From Promethearchaeum syntrophicum (GTDB taxonomy: Archaea; Asgardarchaeota; Lokiarchaeia; Sigyniarchaeales; Promethearchaeaceae), in NCBI RefSeq assembly GCF_008000775.2, contig NZ_CP042905.2, forward strand, positions 3,180,001-3,212,000: a DNA stretch of 32,000 nt, in the 5' to 3' direction. The notes beneath the pieces were generated by a model, which saw only the letters and a program-made list of their open reading frames with translations, had not been told where the DNA came from and made no database searches. Shown here piece after piece: positions 1 through 9,000 of the stretch. The stretch's first letter is position 1, and every line of letters starts with the position of its first letter. A program made the position numbers and the translations under genes.

Positions 1-239
1 TCATTTGCTTTTTCAAATTGTATATCTTTCTTATCAAAGATATGAAATAATTTTGGAAAATCTTGGCGATTTTGTTCAAATGGATATTGGAATCCTTTAT
101 CTATTCCTATTTTATAATAACCTTGATCCCAACCAATTTCGGAAAAAAAGGCTAAGGTTGTTAAAAATTGTATGATTAAATCTGAATCGACTAAATTTTG
201 TTGAGCAATCTCTTGTATTTTTTCTAAATAATCATCCAT
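1..239 (-). CDS. Partial hypothetical protein, C-terminus beyond window edge
   Basis: Open frame on the minus strand from ATG at 239 (MDDYLEKIQEIAQQNLVDSDLIIQFLTTLAFFSEIGWDQGYYKNRIDKGFQYPF...) running off the left edge; no family recognised. Confidence 0.55.
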   Translation of the reverse strand, partial: MDDYLEKIQEIAQQNLVDSDLIIQFLTTLAFFSEIGWDQGYYKIGIDKGFQYPFEQNRQDFPKLFHIFDKKDIQFEKAN

Positions 240-604
240 GTAAAATCCTCAAAGTGAGAAAAATACCGACTAAATGAAAAAAGTCGTATTTTGTTTTACT
301 TGAATAATAATGGCTTTTATCCCTTAATAAAATTTTAGACCGTATTATTATTGCTTGATCCCTCCCTTTTTTATCTTGTGATATATATTTTCTTCGTTTA
401 CAATTGAATGGTTTTGTTTCTTTTTATTTTGGCATATTTTTCATTTTTCTTCAATTTTTAAAATATATCACCATAAATAATAGCAGAAGGTTGTAAGAAA
501 AATTCTTTTTTTATCTCATATCCCTTTTTGATTGCTGAATTTAAGAAAAAATTATTTCTCCTTTATTAAAATCACATATATATAATTACAAATTAAGTAA
601 AAAC

Positions 605-1675
605 ATGAGAAAAAAAAATGAATATATGAAATTACAGAAATCTTTCAAAAATAAGAAATTATTTATCATCCAATTTTCAACCACTGATATTTTTCAAAAA
701 CCGTCTATAGCAACACACTTTTTTGCATTAGATTATTTTAAAGACACTGAAGTTTCAATCGAATATACCTCAAATAATTTCTTTTATCAAATTGAAAAGT
801 TCTTTAAGAAACATAAAAAATATCACTTCGCTTTCTGGAATTATAATCATATTTATAAGATTTCATTGCTAATCCCTGGAATTTCCCTTACGGAAAAAAA
901 GGTAATAGAAAGAAACATTATTGATCTAGACGATGCGTTTGAGTTTTTTTCTGAAGAAAAGAAAACTCGATACTTAAAACGCCAGAATCAAAGTATCGAT
1001 AAAAGATATTATTTTAGTCTTTTGAATGGATATAATATTGATGAATCTTTTTGGAAAACTGGTATTGTCGAAAAGGATTTGCGGGATGCAATAATTTTGA
1101 GTAATTCTTGTAGATTAAAATGCAAAGTAATGAGCTTTTTAATAACCAAAATGAAGGATGGAAGAGTAAAATTTGATCATAATGAAGAATTCATGAGAAA
1201 AACAATAAAATTCATGGAATTGCAGAAAATTTCATCTGATCAGAGTACAAATACAATTAATTTTTACAACAACATATGGAATCTAATAAATAGAGATATT
1301 AGAATTAAATGCCAGACAAAATTTCATGATGGATATTTCGCGGATTCAGTGGAAGCAGCATTCAAAGAAATAAATACGAGAGTAAAAACATATTATCATG
1401 ATTTAAAAGGAGAATGGGGTGATGGGGCTTCCTTAATGCGGAATGCATTTTCAGGCATAGATCCTGTTATATCTTGGTTAGATCAAAAGGACCCATCATC
1501 ATCCAATATCCAAAAAGGGTTTGAACATATTTTTGCAGGAGCAATGATAGGAATTCGAAATCCTAAAGCCCATGCAAATTTGATCATCACTAAGGATCGA
1601 GCAATTCATTTTTTGTTTCTTGCTAGTTTACTTATGGATAAAATAGATGAGGCTAATATTAAAACCACCTCTTGA
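605..1675 (+). CDS. Protein with C-terminal TIGR02391/Ymh-like HEPN domain; N-terminal region unassigned
   Basis: C-terminus GFEHIFAGAMIGIRNPKAHANLIITKDRAIHFLFLASLLMDKIDEA resembles TIGR02391 (Ymh) proteins and carries an RxxxxH HEPN motif (RNPKAH). Confidence 0.7.
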   Translation: MRKKNEYMKLQKSFKNKKLFIIQFSTTDIFQKPSIATHFFALDYFKDTEVSIEYTSNNFFYQIEKFFKKHKKYHFAFWNYNHIYKISLLIPGISLTEKKVIERNIIDLDDAFEFFSEEKKTRYLKRQNQSIDKRYYFSLLNGYNIDESFWKTGIVEKDLRDAIILSNSCRLKCKVMSFLITKMKDGRVKFDHNEEFMRKTIKFMELQKISSDQSTNTINFYNNIWNLINRDIRIKCQTKFHDGYFADSVEAAFKEINTRVKTYYHDLKGEWGDGASLMRNAFSGIDPVISWLDQKDPSSSNIQKGFEHIFAGAMIGIRNPKAHANLIITKDRAIHFLFLASLLMDKIDEANIKTTS

Positions 1676-1746
1676 ATTTCTCTTTGAATAATAAATAATT
1701 AGAATCGTATGAATTTCATCGAATTTTTACCAATGATGATTAAAAA

Positions 1747-2754
1747 TCAAGTTTTTATTGTTTGAAATAATATTTGGTATAATCCGGAAATTTGTGAAAT
1801 AATTACACTCACAATTAATATTTCATCAGAAATTTCTTCTATATTTCCCAATTTTCCTTGAATTTGCTTTTGATTATTAATATCAATTAATAACCTCTGA
1901 TTTTCATGAATTATGATATTGGAATGGGCAAGTGCATGACGTATTTTTGCATAGATTTCCATTAATTGATTTTTTGTGGTCGGTACAATATCAAATTTAA
2001 AAAGAAGTATATAGAGCTCATTAACTTTCTCAATGAAATTATAGAGATCAATAAGCGATACTTCAATTTCATGAAAAATCTTGTAGGATAGGGTTTGGTT
2101 CAACCAAAAAAGATTTTTACACAAATACTTTAATCGATCCAATATCAAATCTTGTTCTTCTTTATCTTTTTTTGCTAAATTTGGTTGAAGAATTATGTTA
2201 ATTAAATATTCGTCATCTATTGGTAATACTCCGTTAAACATTGAAATACCTGCTAAGATAAAATTATATTTGGAACTATAATTCGGGGATATCTTATTCG
2301 AAAAGACTTTTACCAAGCGTTCTATGAACTTTTTTAATCTTGGTATAGAATTTGAATACCCTATAAGATGAATTAATTGGCGATAATTTAAATTGGTTGG
2401 ATCTACCTTTTCTATCGGAAAATTAAATATTTTCGCTATCTTTTCAATCCCCCATTTACATTGTTTCTCTGATATTTTATGCGTTTCCAAAAAAGATTCG
2501 GGGAGATAAAGGATATGTTTGAAAAAAAAAGGACGCCTAATAGGCTTGAAATCATATAAGGATAATGGATCAATAGATCCATTGCATTTTTTACAATTTA
2601 ACTTTATATCCTTCGGACATTTGATAAATTCAATTTCACCTTTTTTTATAATTTGGAGTTGTTTAGGAAAAAATCGAAACTTTATAACTTCATCGCATGA
2701 TTTGCATTTACATTTTGCGAGAATTTCTCCATACTTGTCTAGTTGAATATCCAA
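1747..2754 (-). CDS. Zinc-ribbon plus HEPN-like protein (supplied ORF track starts at 2835; TTG at 2754 preferred)
   Basis: Cys pairs CKCKSC...CPKDIKLNCKKC near the N-terminus; C-terminal IYAKIRHALAHSNIIIHE with an RxxxxH motif. A strong SD (GAGGTGA) sits 5 nt upstream of TTG at 2754, avoiding the 70-nt overlap with the upstream gene. Confidence 0.6.
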   Translation of the reverse strand: MDIQLDKYGEILAKCKCKSCDEVIKFRFFPKQLQIIKKGEIEFIKCPKDIKLNCKKCNGSIDPLSLYDFKPIRRPFFFKHILYLPESFLETHKISEKQCKWGIEKIAKIFNFPIEKVDPTNLNYRQLIHLIGYSNSIPRLKKFIERLVKVFSNKISPNYSSKYNFILAGISMFNGVLPIDDEYLINIILQPNLAKKDKEEQDLILDRLKYLCKNLFWLNQTLSYKIFHEIEVSLIDLYNFIEKVNELYILLFKFDIVPTTKNQLMEIYAKIRHALAHSNIIIHENQRLLIDINNQKQIQGKLGNIEEISDEILIVSVIISQISGLYQILFQTIKT

Positions 2755-2765
2755 TTTCTTCACCT

Positions 2766-3758
2766 CTATAAATTCATTAAAGAATTCCAGGTAATTCCCC
2801 GCTTTTCTAACATTTTTAGGATCTCCACATTCCATGATGATGGATAGTTTATAATATAATGCTCGTTATCTTTGAATGATAACACTTCAAAATCTTCTTC
2901 TTTTTCCAATTCGAAAGTAGCTAGTAAATCACCTTTCTTTATTTCTTCCACAGCATTTTCAAGATTCATCATCGCATCCATGAATGGAACTCCAAAAAGA
3001 GGGGAAAAGACCATCCATCCACTTTGAGCAATCATTCTTGGAATTTCTTTTTTAGCAAGACCCAAATGGCTAGAATTAAAAGATCCCAGCAATAGTGATT
3101 TATTTAAAACATCTTGTCTGGCAATTTCAAATAAAATTTCTGCTTCCTCAATATTTGATGGGTTTTGAGGTGCTCCTATATTTTCTTCTGAACTTGTAAA
3201 ATAAACCCCCAATATTTTGGAAGAGTCCATTATTAAGCGGAGAATATTTAAAATCCAAACTCCAGAATCACCTTTATGAACTAAAGGTATAGATCTTTTT
3301 TTTTTTTCAGATTTTTTATAATCAACAGCTGAAAACCATAAAGCTACTAATAACCTAGAAGAAAAATCAACTAACCTAGTTCCACTCTCTAAATGTTGAT
3401 GTTTTGCCATTCGCTGAACGTAAAAAGGAAGATGATTCGAATAATTAATTAATCGAAATTCTTCTTTTTCTTGAGTTTCCTTAGATGGATATCTCCGTTC
3501 TAAAGCAGAAGTGATAGACCAACTGGGAGTTGAGCTTTTATCTTCATCCCAATTGTAGGTGTAATTTTGCCCTCTAAAAAGAAAGCCTGCTGCTTTACCT
3601 TCCTCTGTTCCCTTTACTTCAAATTTTTGTGCTAATTTGAACAAAATATCAATATTCTTCGGATTTAGAATTGATAATGATGTCTTTTGAATATAATTTA
3701 AATCTGGAAATTTGACTTGAAATTCCTTTTTTCTTAGTCGTTGAATCATTGGATGCAT
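2766..3758 (-). CDS. FRG domain-containing protein
   Basis: FLFRGQ... and QHQHLESGTRLVDFSSRLLVALWFSAV-type signature (here KHQHLESGTRLVDFSSRLLVALWFSAV), typical of the FRG domain (QHxGxPTRLLDWTxxPxVALxFA). Confidence 0.8.
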   Translation of the reverse strand: MHPMIQRLRKKEFQVKFPDLNYIQKTSLSILNPKNIDILFKLAQKFEVKGTEEGKAAGFLFRGQNYTYNWDEDKSSTPSWSITSALERRYPSKETQEKEEFRLINYSNHLPFYVQRMAKHQHLESGTRLVDFSSRLLVALWFSAVDYKKSEKKKRSIPLVHKGDSGVWILNILRLIMDSSKILGVYFTSSEENIGAPQNPSNIEEAEILFEIARQDVLNKSLLLGSFNSSHLGLAKKEIPRMIAQSGWMVFSPLFGVPFMDAMMNLENAVEEIKKGDLLATFELEKEEDFEVLSFKDNEHYIINYPSSWNVEILKMLEKRGITWNSLMNL

Positions 3759-3861
3759 GTAATTTCTTTAGTAAATACAATTTTTAAAGTTGACCAGATT
3801 TAGATAAATTGTACTCAAACCATGTAATTCTGAGAGATAGAATAAAATTGGGAAAATTTAG

Positions 3862-3958
3862 TGGGTCCGGGGGGATTTGAACCCTCGGAATCCAGCTTTC
3901 TCCATTTTAAGATTAAATACCGAAGGCTGGCGCCCAATCCAAACTAGACTACGGACCC
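3862..3958 (-). tRNA. trnR(TCG): tRNA-Arg(TCG) with 22-nt intron at 37/38 (intron 3898..3919)
   Basis: Acceptor GGGTCCG:CGGACCC, discriminator A, anticodon stem CCAGC:GCTGG, T-arm GAGGG-TTCAAAT-CCCCC (one mismatch). Precursor loop forms a canonical BHB: bulge GGT, 4-bp helix CTTC:GGAG, bulge AAA, inner helix ATTT:AAAT; splicing gives loop CTTCGGA. No encoded CCA. Confidence 0.92.
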
Positions 3959-4122
3959 GATATTATGAATGTAGAATTGTATTTGAATTTTTTTTTTCTC
4001 TTTGGGGGGATATAATATCAATGAAATTTGATAATTAGGTCGGAAAGAATGATTTTTCAACTATATTCAGCTAGTCCGTAAAGGATATTAAATAATCATT
4101 TGTAAAAAAAAAACCTAATTAA

Positions 4123-4671
4123 TTACAGGGATTTTTTCTTTAGAATGATCAAATGTTCTTTTTTTTCCTGCACTATAAACTTAGTAGTCGCAGTAATAGA
4201 ATTAATTGCTTTATTTTCATCCATATGGTGAATTTCTACTACCAGGTTTCCATCGGATTTTAGAACTCTATCTAATTCAGTAAGAATGGGTTTAACTTCT
4301 TTAAAATAATGGAAAACATCAAAGAGTAATATAACATCAATCGAATTTTCATTTAAACCTGTTTTACAAGAGGTTAAGATGGTTTCAATATTTGAAACTT
4401 TAGCTTTTTTCGCATTTTTTAGAACAAATTGTGAAGAAAGGGGATGCATATCTGCAGCAAAAACTTTTCCATTATCCCCTACTATTTGAGCAGCGGGGAG
4501 TGAATAATTTCCAGGACCACATCCATAGTCAAGGATTACATCACCGGATTGTATATTCGCTTCTTTAAGAATTTTTAGGGTTTTATCCTTTCCTTTAAAA
4601 ATTTTAAACATTAAGCACATTCCTCTAAATCCAAGATTACTCGCTAATTTTGACACGATTAAACTATCCAT
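4123..4671 (-). CDS. Class I SAM-dependent methyltransferase (Methyltransf_11/UbiE-like)
   Basis: Motif I VILDYGCGPGNYSLPAA; FAADMHPLSSQFVLKNA; DVILLFDVFHYFKEVKPILTELDRVLKSDGNLVVEIH. Confidence 0.85.
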   Translation of the reverse strand: MDSLIVSKLASNLGFRGMCLMFKIFKGKDKTLKILKEANIQSGDVILDYGCGPGNYSLPAAQIVGDNGKVFAADMHPLSSQFVLKNAKKAKVSNIETILTSCKTGLNENSIDVILLFDVFHYFKEVKPILTELDRVLKSDGNLVVEIHHMDENKAINSITATTKFIVQEKKEHLIILKKKSL

Positions 4672-4814
4672 ATCTTTGATTTAGGGTTTTTCATGCTAGT
4701 TGAAAATTTTTTTTTATAGAAATGATCTGAGGTTTTCATTATAAATTTATGATGTTATTGTAAGGATTTAAACAATTTAGAGCCCGAAAATTATCACCAT
4801 ATTATCTATTCAAG

Positions 4815-5828
4815 TTATTCTACTGTTTTTTCGGTTTCATCATATATGATTGGGCCATAAAGGAGAGTATTTAAATTATTATTTATAAGAATAGCAAAAA
4901 AGATGGCCATTATAATCAATATCGGGTGGTACCATTCGAAATTTAAAACTGCAAATTTAATTCCGATTAAGACGGTTCCAACACATATCCCATGAAAAAT
5001 GAAAGAAATACCCCATCGTAATTCACCATATTTAGCATATATTTCAAATTTACCAGATTCTTGGTCCGGAACATGTAATATTTTGAAGTAGATCCAAATA
5101 ATTAGAAGTACTCCTGAAATATATCCCCAAAGAACATCGGTGGGATAATTTTCTCCAGAAATTACGCGAGTTATACCCATAATGATTCCCCAAGAAGAAA
5201 AAATAATAAAATTTAGGACAATTTTCAATTTATTTGGTGAGGTTAGTGAGATAAATGCAAGAGTTATCATTAATGTAGCCAATGTTGTAAATCCCGATGT
5301 GAAACAACCATTGAAAATCGCATCTGTAATCGAATATTTTCCAAATTTTAACATTGAAGTATAGAGATCGGGATTATAAAGGGCCTCTTCGGGATTTACT
5401 CGAGCAAAAAAGGTAGCAAGTACCCGATTAAAAACGAATAATACAATAGAGCTAGCAATAATAAATCCTGATCTAATACGGGTTAAAATATATCTTTCCT
5501 CATTTTTTGGCATTAACGTAATCAAATAAACGATTAAGGCAAATAAAAAGAGAAGAATTGAAAGATCTTGCCCTCCAAAGCCATCTCCATTAAAATTAAA
5601 ATAGGATTCATTCATAAAATTTGCAAAAGTTGGATCAACAAAAATTATGGTTGCATTTCGTACAAATTCTAAATCTCTATTCCAGAAATAGCTTGTGCTA
5701 AATAATCCTACCACTATTAAAGCGATTGTTGCAAATTGGGAGAAATCTTTGCCGTAGGTTGAAGTAAAATAGTTGGATCTTCGGTGTTTTTCGAACATAT
5801 TTTTATTGCATGAATAGATAGATAACAT
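4815..5828 (-). CDS. PAP2-like multi-spanning membrane protein (phosphatidic acid phosphatase superfamily)
   Basis: Hydrophobic multi-TM protein with TSGFTTLATLM (PSGH-like) and ITRVISGENYPTDVLWGYISG (SRxxxGxHxPxDVxxG-like) motifs. Confidence 0.6.
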   Translation of the reverse strand: MLSIYSCNKNMFEKHRRSNYFTSTYGKDFSQFATIALIVVGLFSTSYFWNRDLEFVRNATIIFVDPTFANFMNESYFNFNGDGFGGQDLSILLFLFALIVYLITLMPKNEERYILTRIRSGFIIASSIVLFVFNRVLATFFARVNPEEALYNPDLYTSMLKFGKYSITDAIFNGCFTSGFTTLATLMITLAFISLTSPNKLKIVLNFIIFSSWGIIMGITRVISGENYPTDVLWGYISGVLLIIWIYFKILHVPDQESGKFEIYAKYGELRWGISFIFHGICVGTVLIGIKFAVLNFEWYHPILIIMAIFFAILINNNLNTLLYGPIIYDETEKTVE

Positions 5829-5899
5829 TGATTAAAAGACTTATTTGTGTTAAAAAAAAGGAAGTAAAAAGGGAATAAAAAAAGTATAAAGATGTTAGA

Positions 5900-8791
5900 T
5901 TAAATGGGGCGCGAATTCGCTTGGAAAATAGGATAAATAAAACTACTGAAAATCTGTGCATAACCATCTTGTAGGGAAACTATGGCAATTAAATCTTCTT
6001 CTTTTTTAGCTCGTGGGCAAAGAACAATTTCTTCTCCGTCTCGGGATACTGCATAGAAATCATTTGCGTTCTTCAAATTTCTAAATTGAATATTCCCTAA
6101 AACTTTCATTTTTTGAATAATAGGACCAAATGTAGCCAAATCCCAGGTTGTAGTATAGAGGAACCTGACTGATTTCTTCACGTATGCAACTTCGGAAAGT
6201 GCTTCCAGAATCTTTGGTTCTACGGTTGGAGTTATAATCGTGATAGTAGATTTAACCCTTCTCATAGCATCTATTATACATTCTAAAAGAGCTTTTGTCC
6301 CAAATACATGCCAAGTTCCACTTTCACCAAGAGGTTTAATGCTGGCTGCGCTTTGATTGATATCAGTAAGTTTATTTTCATTTTCTTCTGCAATATCAAT
6401 CCCTTCATCAATTACATTCATGAAAGATAAAGTGAAGTCTGCAATTGCATCTTTTGTATTTTGAATATTATCTGTTGTTGTTTTCACTAATTCCTGTTGC
6501 AAGTTATTAGAGATTTCTTGGTATTGGGTTTTATGTTCTTCAATCATAGCATGAAGTGTTTGTTCGAGATTTGTGGAATCTTCAGCGAATAATTTCATTT
6601 GCTCATCCAAATCATGGTGTTGTTTTTCATCAAGTTTTTCAACAATTTCCTTAAATTTCTCAATATGACCATTAACTTGGTTCTGTTGAGTTTCATTGAT
6701 AGTGGCAACTTCATTCTTAAAAAGTTCTATTTGTGGATTGATTTTGCCACTGATTTTTGTTTTACATTCGTTAATGTCTTGATCTACTCTTCTAATTAAA
6801 TCATCAATTGTCGCTCGGTAATCTGTTTTAACATCTTTTACTTCTTTTTCGAAATCATAAGAGTGAGAATCGTTTTTATCAGTATTTTCCTTTAAATGAC
6901 CTGTGATATCTCGAATTTGATTATTAGTTTCAACTGAAATATCGGTTTTGGCTCTTTCATGATCTCTATCCATGTTTTCATAATATTCGTTTACTTTTTC
7001 TTGAACGCTAGCATTAGAATCATCATTATATTTTAGACCCGTTTGTCTATGCTTGTTGAAATTCAATTCGTAATCGTCGCGATGTGTATGTAAACTATTT
7101 TCAAGTGAATCTTTCAATTTAATTGTAGTTTTCTGGCAATGCTCGACATTATGTTTCAAAGTTTTATCAATTTCTGAGGATAATTCTCCAGCTAAACCTT
7201 CAAATTCAGCATCTATCGTATCTTTTTGCTTACTGTCTAAGGATTCAGTATTAGCTTTTTGCTTACTGTCCAATGATTCAGTGATTTCATTGATTTGAGT
7301 TGTTAATGAATTTGTTGTATCACCAGTTACTTTGATATAATTGGCTGTACTATCTTCGAAATTTTCCCTCATTGAGCCAGAAATTGCTTCAATTCGCTCT
7401 TTCACTTCTGCGTACCTTTCTTTATATAATTTGTGCCTTCCAAACAGAAGTGACTTCCATGCACTGCCTCTTTTTGCAAGATGCTCAGTTAATTCACCAA
7501 AACTTGCACTGATTTCTTGAAGATTGTCTATTAAACTGACAGTATTGGATTTGAATGATAATACTTGGCCTGCTAAATCACTATGTTGTGTGTTAATTGA
7601 TTCGTTTAAATTATTTCTTAAATTTTCATTAGAATTTTCAAAATGTTCAATATGTTCAGCAAGCATACCCGAGATTTGAGTTTTTAAATCATCTATAATC
7701 TTTTTGAACCTGAAAATATATTTTTCCAGAATTTCTTCTAATTGTGGTTTCAAATTATCAGCATGTTCTCTATGATGTTCAACGTGTTCATCCAAATCTT
7801 GTTTACATTCGATCTCTAATTTATGAACCCGATCTTTGAAATCACCTAAGACATCATCAACGATTTGGTTTAAAGTGGTTTTTTGAGTTTGAACACCATC
7901 ATCAAATTTCGTTTTAAACCCCTCTGAATTATTTTTTAGTTTAGAATTTAATCCATCTAACACCGTATGAAGATTGTTTTCAAGTTTTTTCGTTTGACTT
8001 ATATGATTATCAGAGAATAATGCCAGTGCATTATTTAATTCCAAATTATCAGTAGAGAATTTTGATGTATTATTATCTAGGAAAATAACCGCTTCATCAT
8101 GTTTTAAATTAATTTGGTTCACAAAATTTTGATTTTCATCATCCAATTGTTCATGTAATTCTTGTTCTAATGTTTTTAAGCTAGTTTGAAGTCGATCACG
8201 AGCGCTTTCCGTAGTATTTTTAACGTTCTCTGTAAATTCAGTTCGAGTTTCAATAAATCTATCACGAGATTCAAAGGTGGCTCGTTGAATTTCATTTTCT
8301 AAGGGTTTACAGGTAGCATCAAATCTTTTTTGAACTTCTTCGATTTTAGATTTCTTATCTACATCATGCTGATCGCTTTTTTTAAAAATATCTTCTACTG
8401 CTGTTTTAACGGATGTATCAATTGTTTCTAAAGATTTGGTTTCAATGGAGTCTAAATTGGCGAATCTTATTGATTGATCGGAAAGGACCGAATCTTTAAT
8501 GTGTGTAATTTCTGCTCGAAATTTAGCCGATTCACTTACAAATAATTCGAAAAATGGTTCTAAGGGGATGTATCGATCGACAATTCCTTCGATTTTTTTA
8601 ATGAAATTTATCTCACATAATTTTTCAGTGATAAGTTTAATTTCTTGAAGATCTTTCTCTAAAATTCCCGCCACTTCTGATACAGTAATTTGTGGTTGGC
8701 TTAGGAAAACAAGATAAACTTCAAATTCAAAGTCGCTGAGGCCATAACGTGTGTATATTTCTTTAGTATTAATCTGTTCTTTTAAAGACAT
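5900..8791 (-). CDS. 963-aa protein: N-terminal TrmB-like wHTH, about 700-aa coiled coil, C-terminal TrmB/PLD-like domain
   Basis: N-term YTRYGLSDFEFEVYLVFLSQPQITVSEVAGILEKDLQEIKLITEKLCEINFIKKIE (TrmB-type wHTH); long charged E/K/Q/H-rich helical region; C-term GTWHVFGTKALLECIIDAMRRVKSTITIITPTVEPKILEALSE resembles TrmB C-terminal domains. Confidence 0.7.
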   Translation of the reverse strand: MSLKEQINTKEIYTRYGLSDFEFEVYLVFLSQPQITVSEVAGILEKDLQEIKLITEKLCEINFIKKIEGIVDRYIPLEPFFELFVSESAKFRAEITHIKDSVLSDQSIRFANLDSIETKSLETIDTSVKTAVEDIFKKSDQHDVDKKSKIEEVQKRFDATCKPLENEIQRATFESRDRFIETRTEFTENVKNTTESARDRLQTSLKTLEQELHEQLDDENQNFVNQINLKHDEAVIFLDNNTSKFSTDNLELNNALALFSDNHISQTKKLENNLHTVLDGLNSKLKNNSEGFKTKFDDGVQTQKTTLNQIVDDVLGDFKDRVHKLEIECKQDLDEHVEHHREHADNLKPQLEEILEKYIFRFKKIIDDLKTQISGMLAEHIEHFENSNENLRNNLNESINTQHSDLAGQVLSFKSNTVSLIDNLQEISASFGELTEHLAKRGSAWKSLLFGRHKLYKERYAEVKERIEAISGSMRENFEDSTANYIKVTGDTTNSLTTQINEITESLDSKQKANTESLDSKQKDTIDAEFEGLAGELSSEIDKTLKHNVEHCQKTTIKLKDSLENSLHTHRDDYELNFNKHRQTGLKYNDDSNASVQEKVNEYYENMDRDHERAKTDISVETNNQIRDITGHLKENTDKNDSHSYDFEKEVKDVKTDYRATIDDLIRRVDQDINECKTKISGKINPQIELFKNEVATINETQQNQVNGHIEKFKEIVEKLDEKQHHDLDEQMKLFAEDSTNLEQTLHAMIEEHKTQYQEISNNLQQELVKTTTDNIQNTKDAIADFTLSFMNVIDEGIDIAEENENKLTDINQSAASIKPLGESGTWHVFGTKALLECIIDAMRRVKSTITIITPTVEPKILEALSEVAYVKKSVRFLYTTTWDLATFGPIIQKMKVLGNIQFRNLKNANDFYAVSRDGEEIVLCPRAKKEEDLIAIVSLQDGYAQIFSSFIYPIFQANSRPI

Positions 8792-9000
8792 TTCACCATC
8801 AACTTTTTTATTTTAATTTAATTACTTAATAAATATAATTTTATATGTCAACCTTTTATAATTTTTCTTATGTTTAAACGATCCTTTATGAAAACATCTA
8901 AGATCTTGAACATTTTCGATTATTAAATTATCTTACAAAAATTAAACAATAATAAAACATATATTAGGGTGTATTTCGCAAAGAAAATCATTAAGTTTGG

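Noticed and set aside
3860-3990. att-site duplication of the tRNA-Arg 3' end marking an island boundary
   Set aside because: No second copy of the GGTTCAAATCCCCCCGGACCC segment was noticed in the window; the other boundary may be outside it.
6599-6799. 66-aa plus-strand ORF antisense within the coiled-coil gene
   Set aside because: Shadow ORF inside a strong 963-aa gene; low-complexity translation with no family signal.
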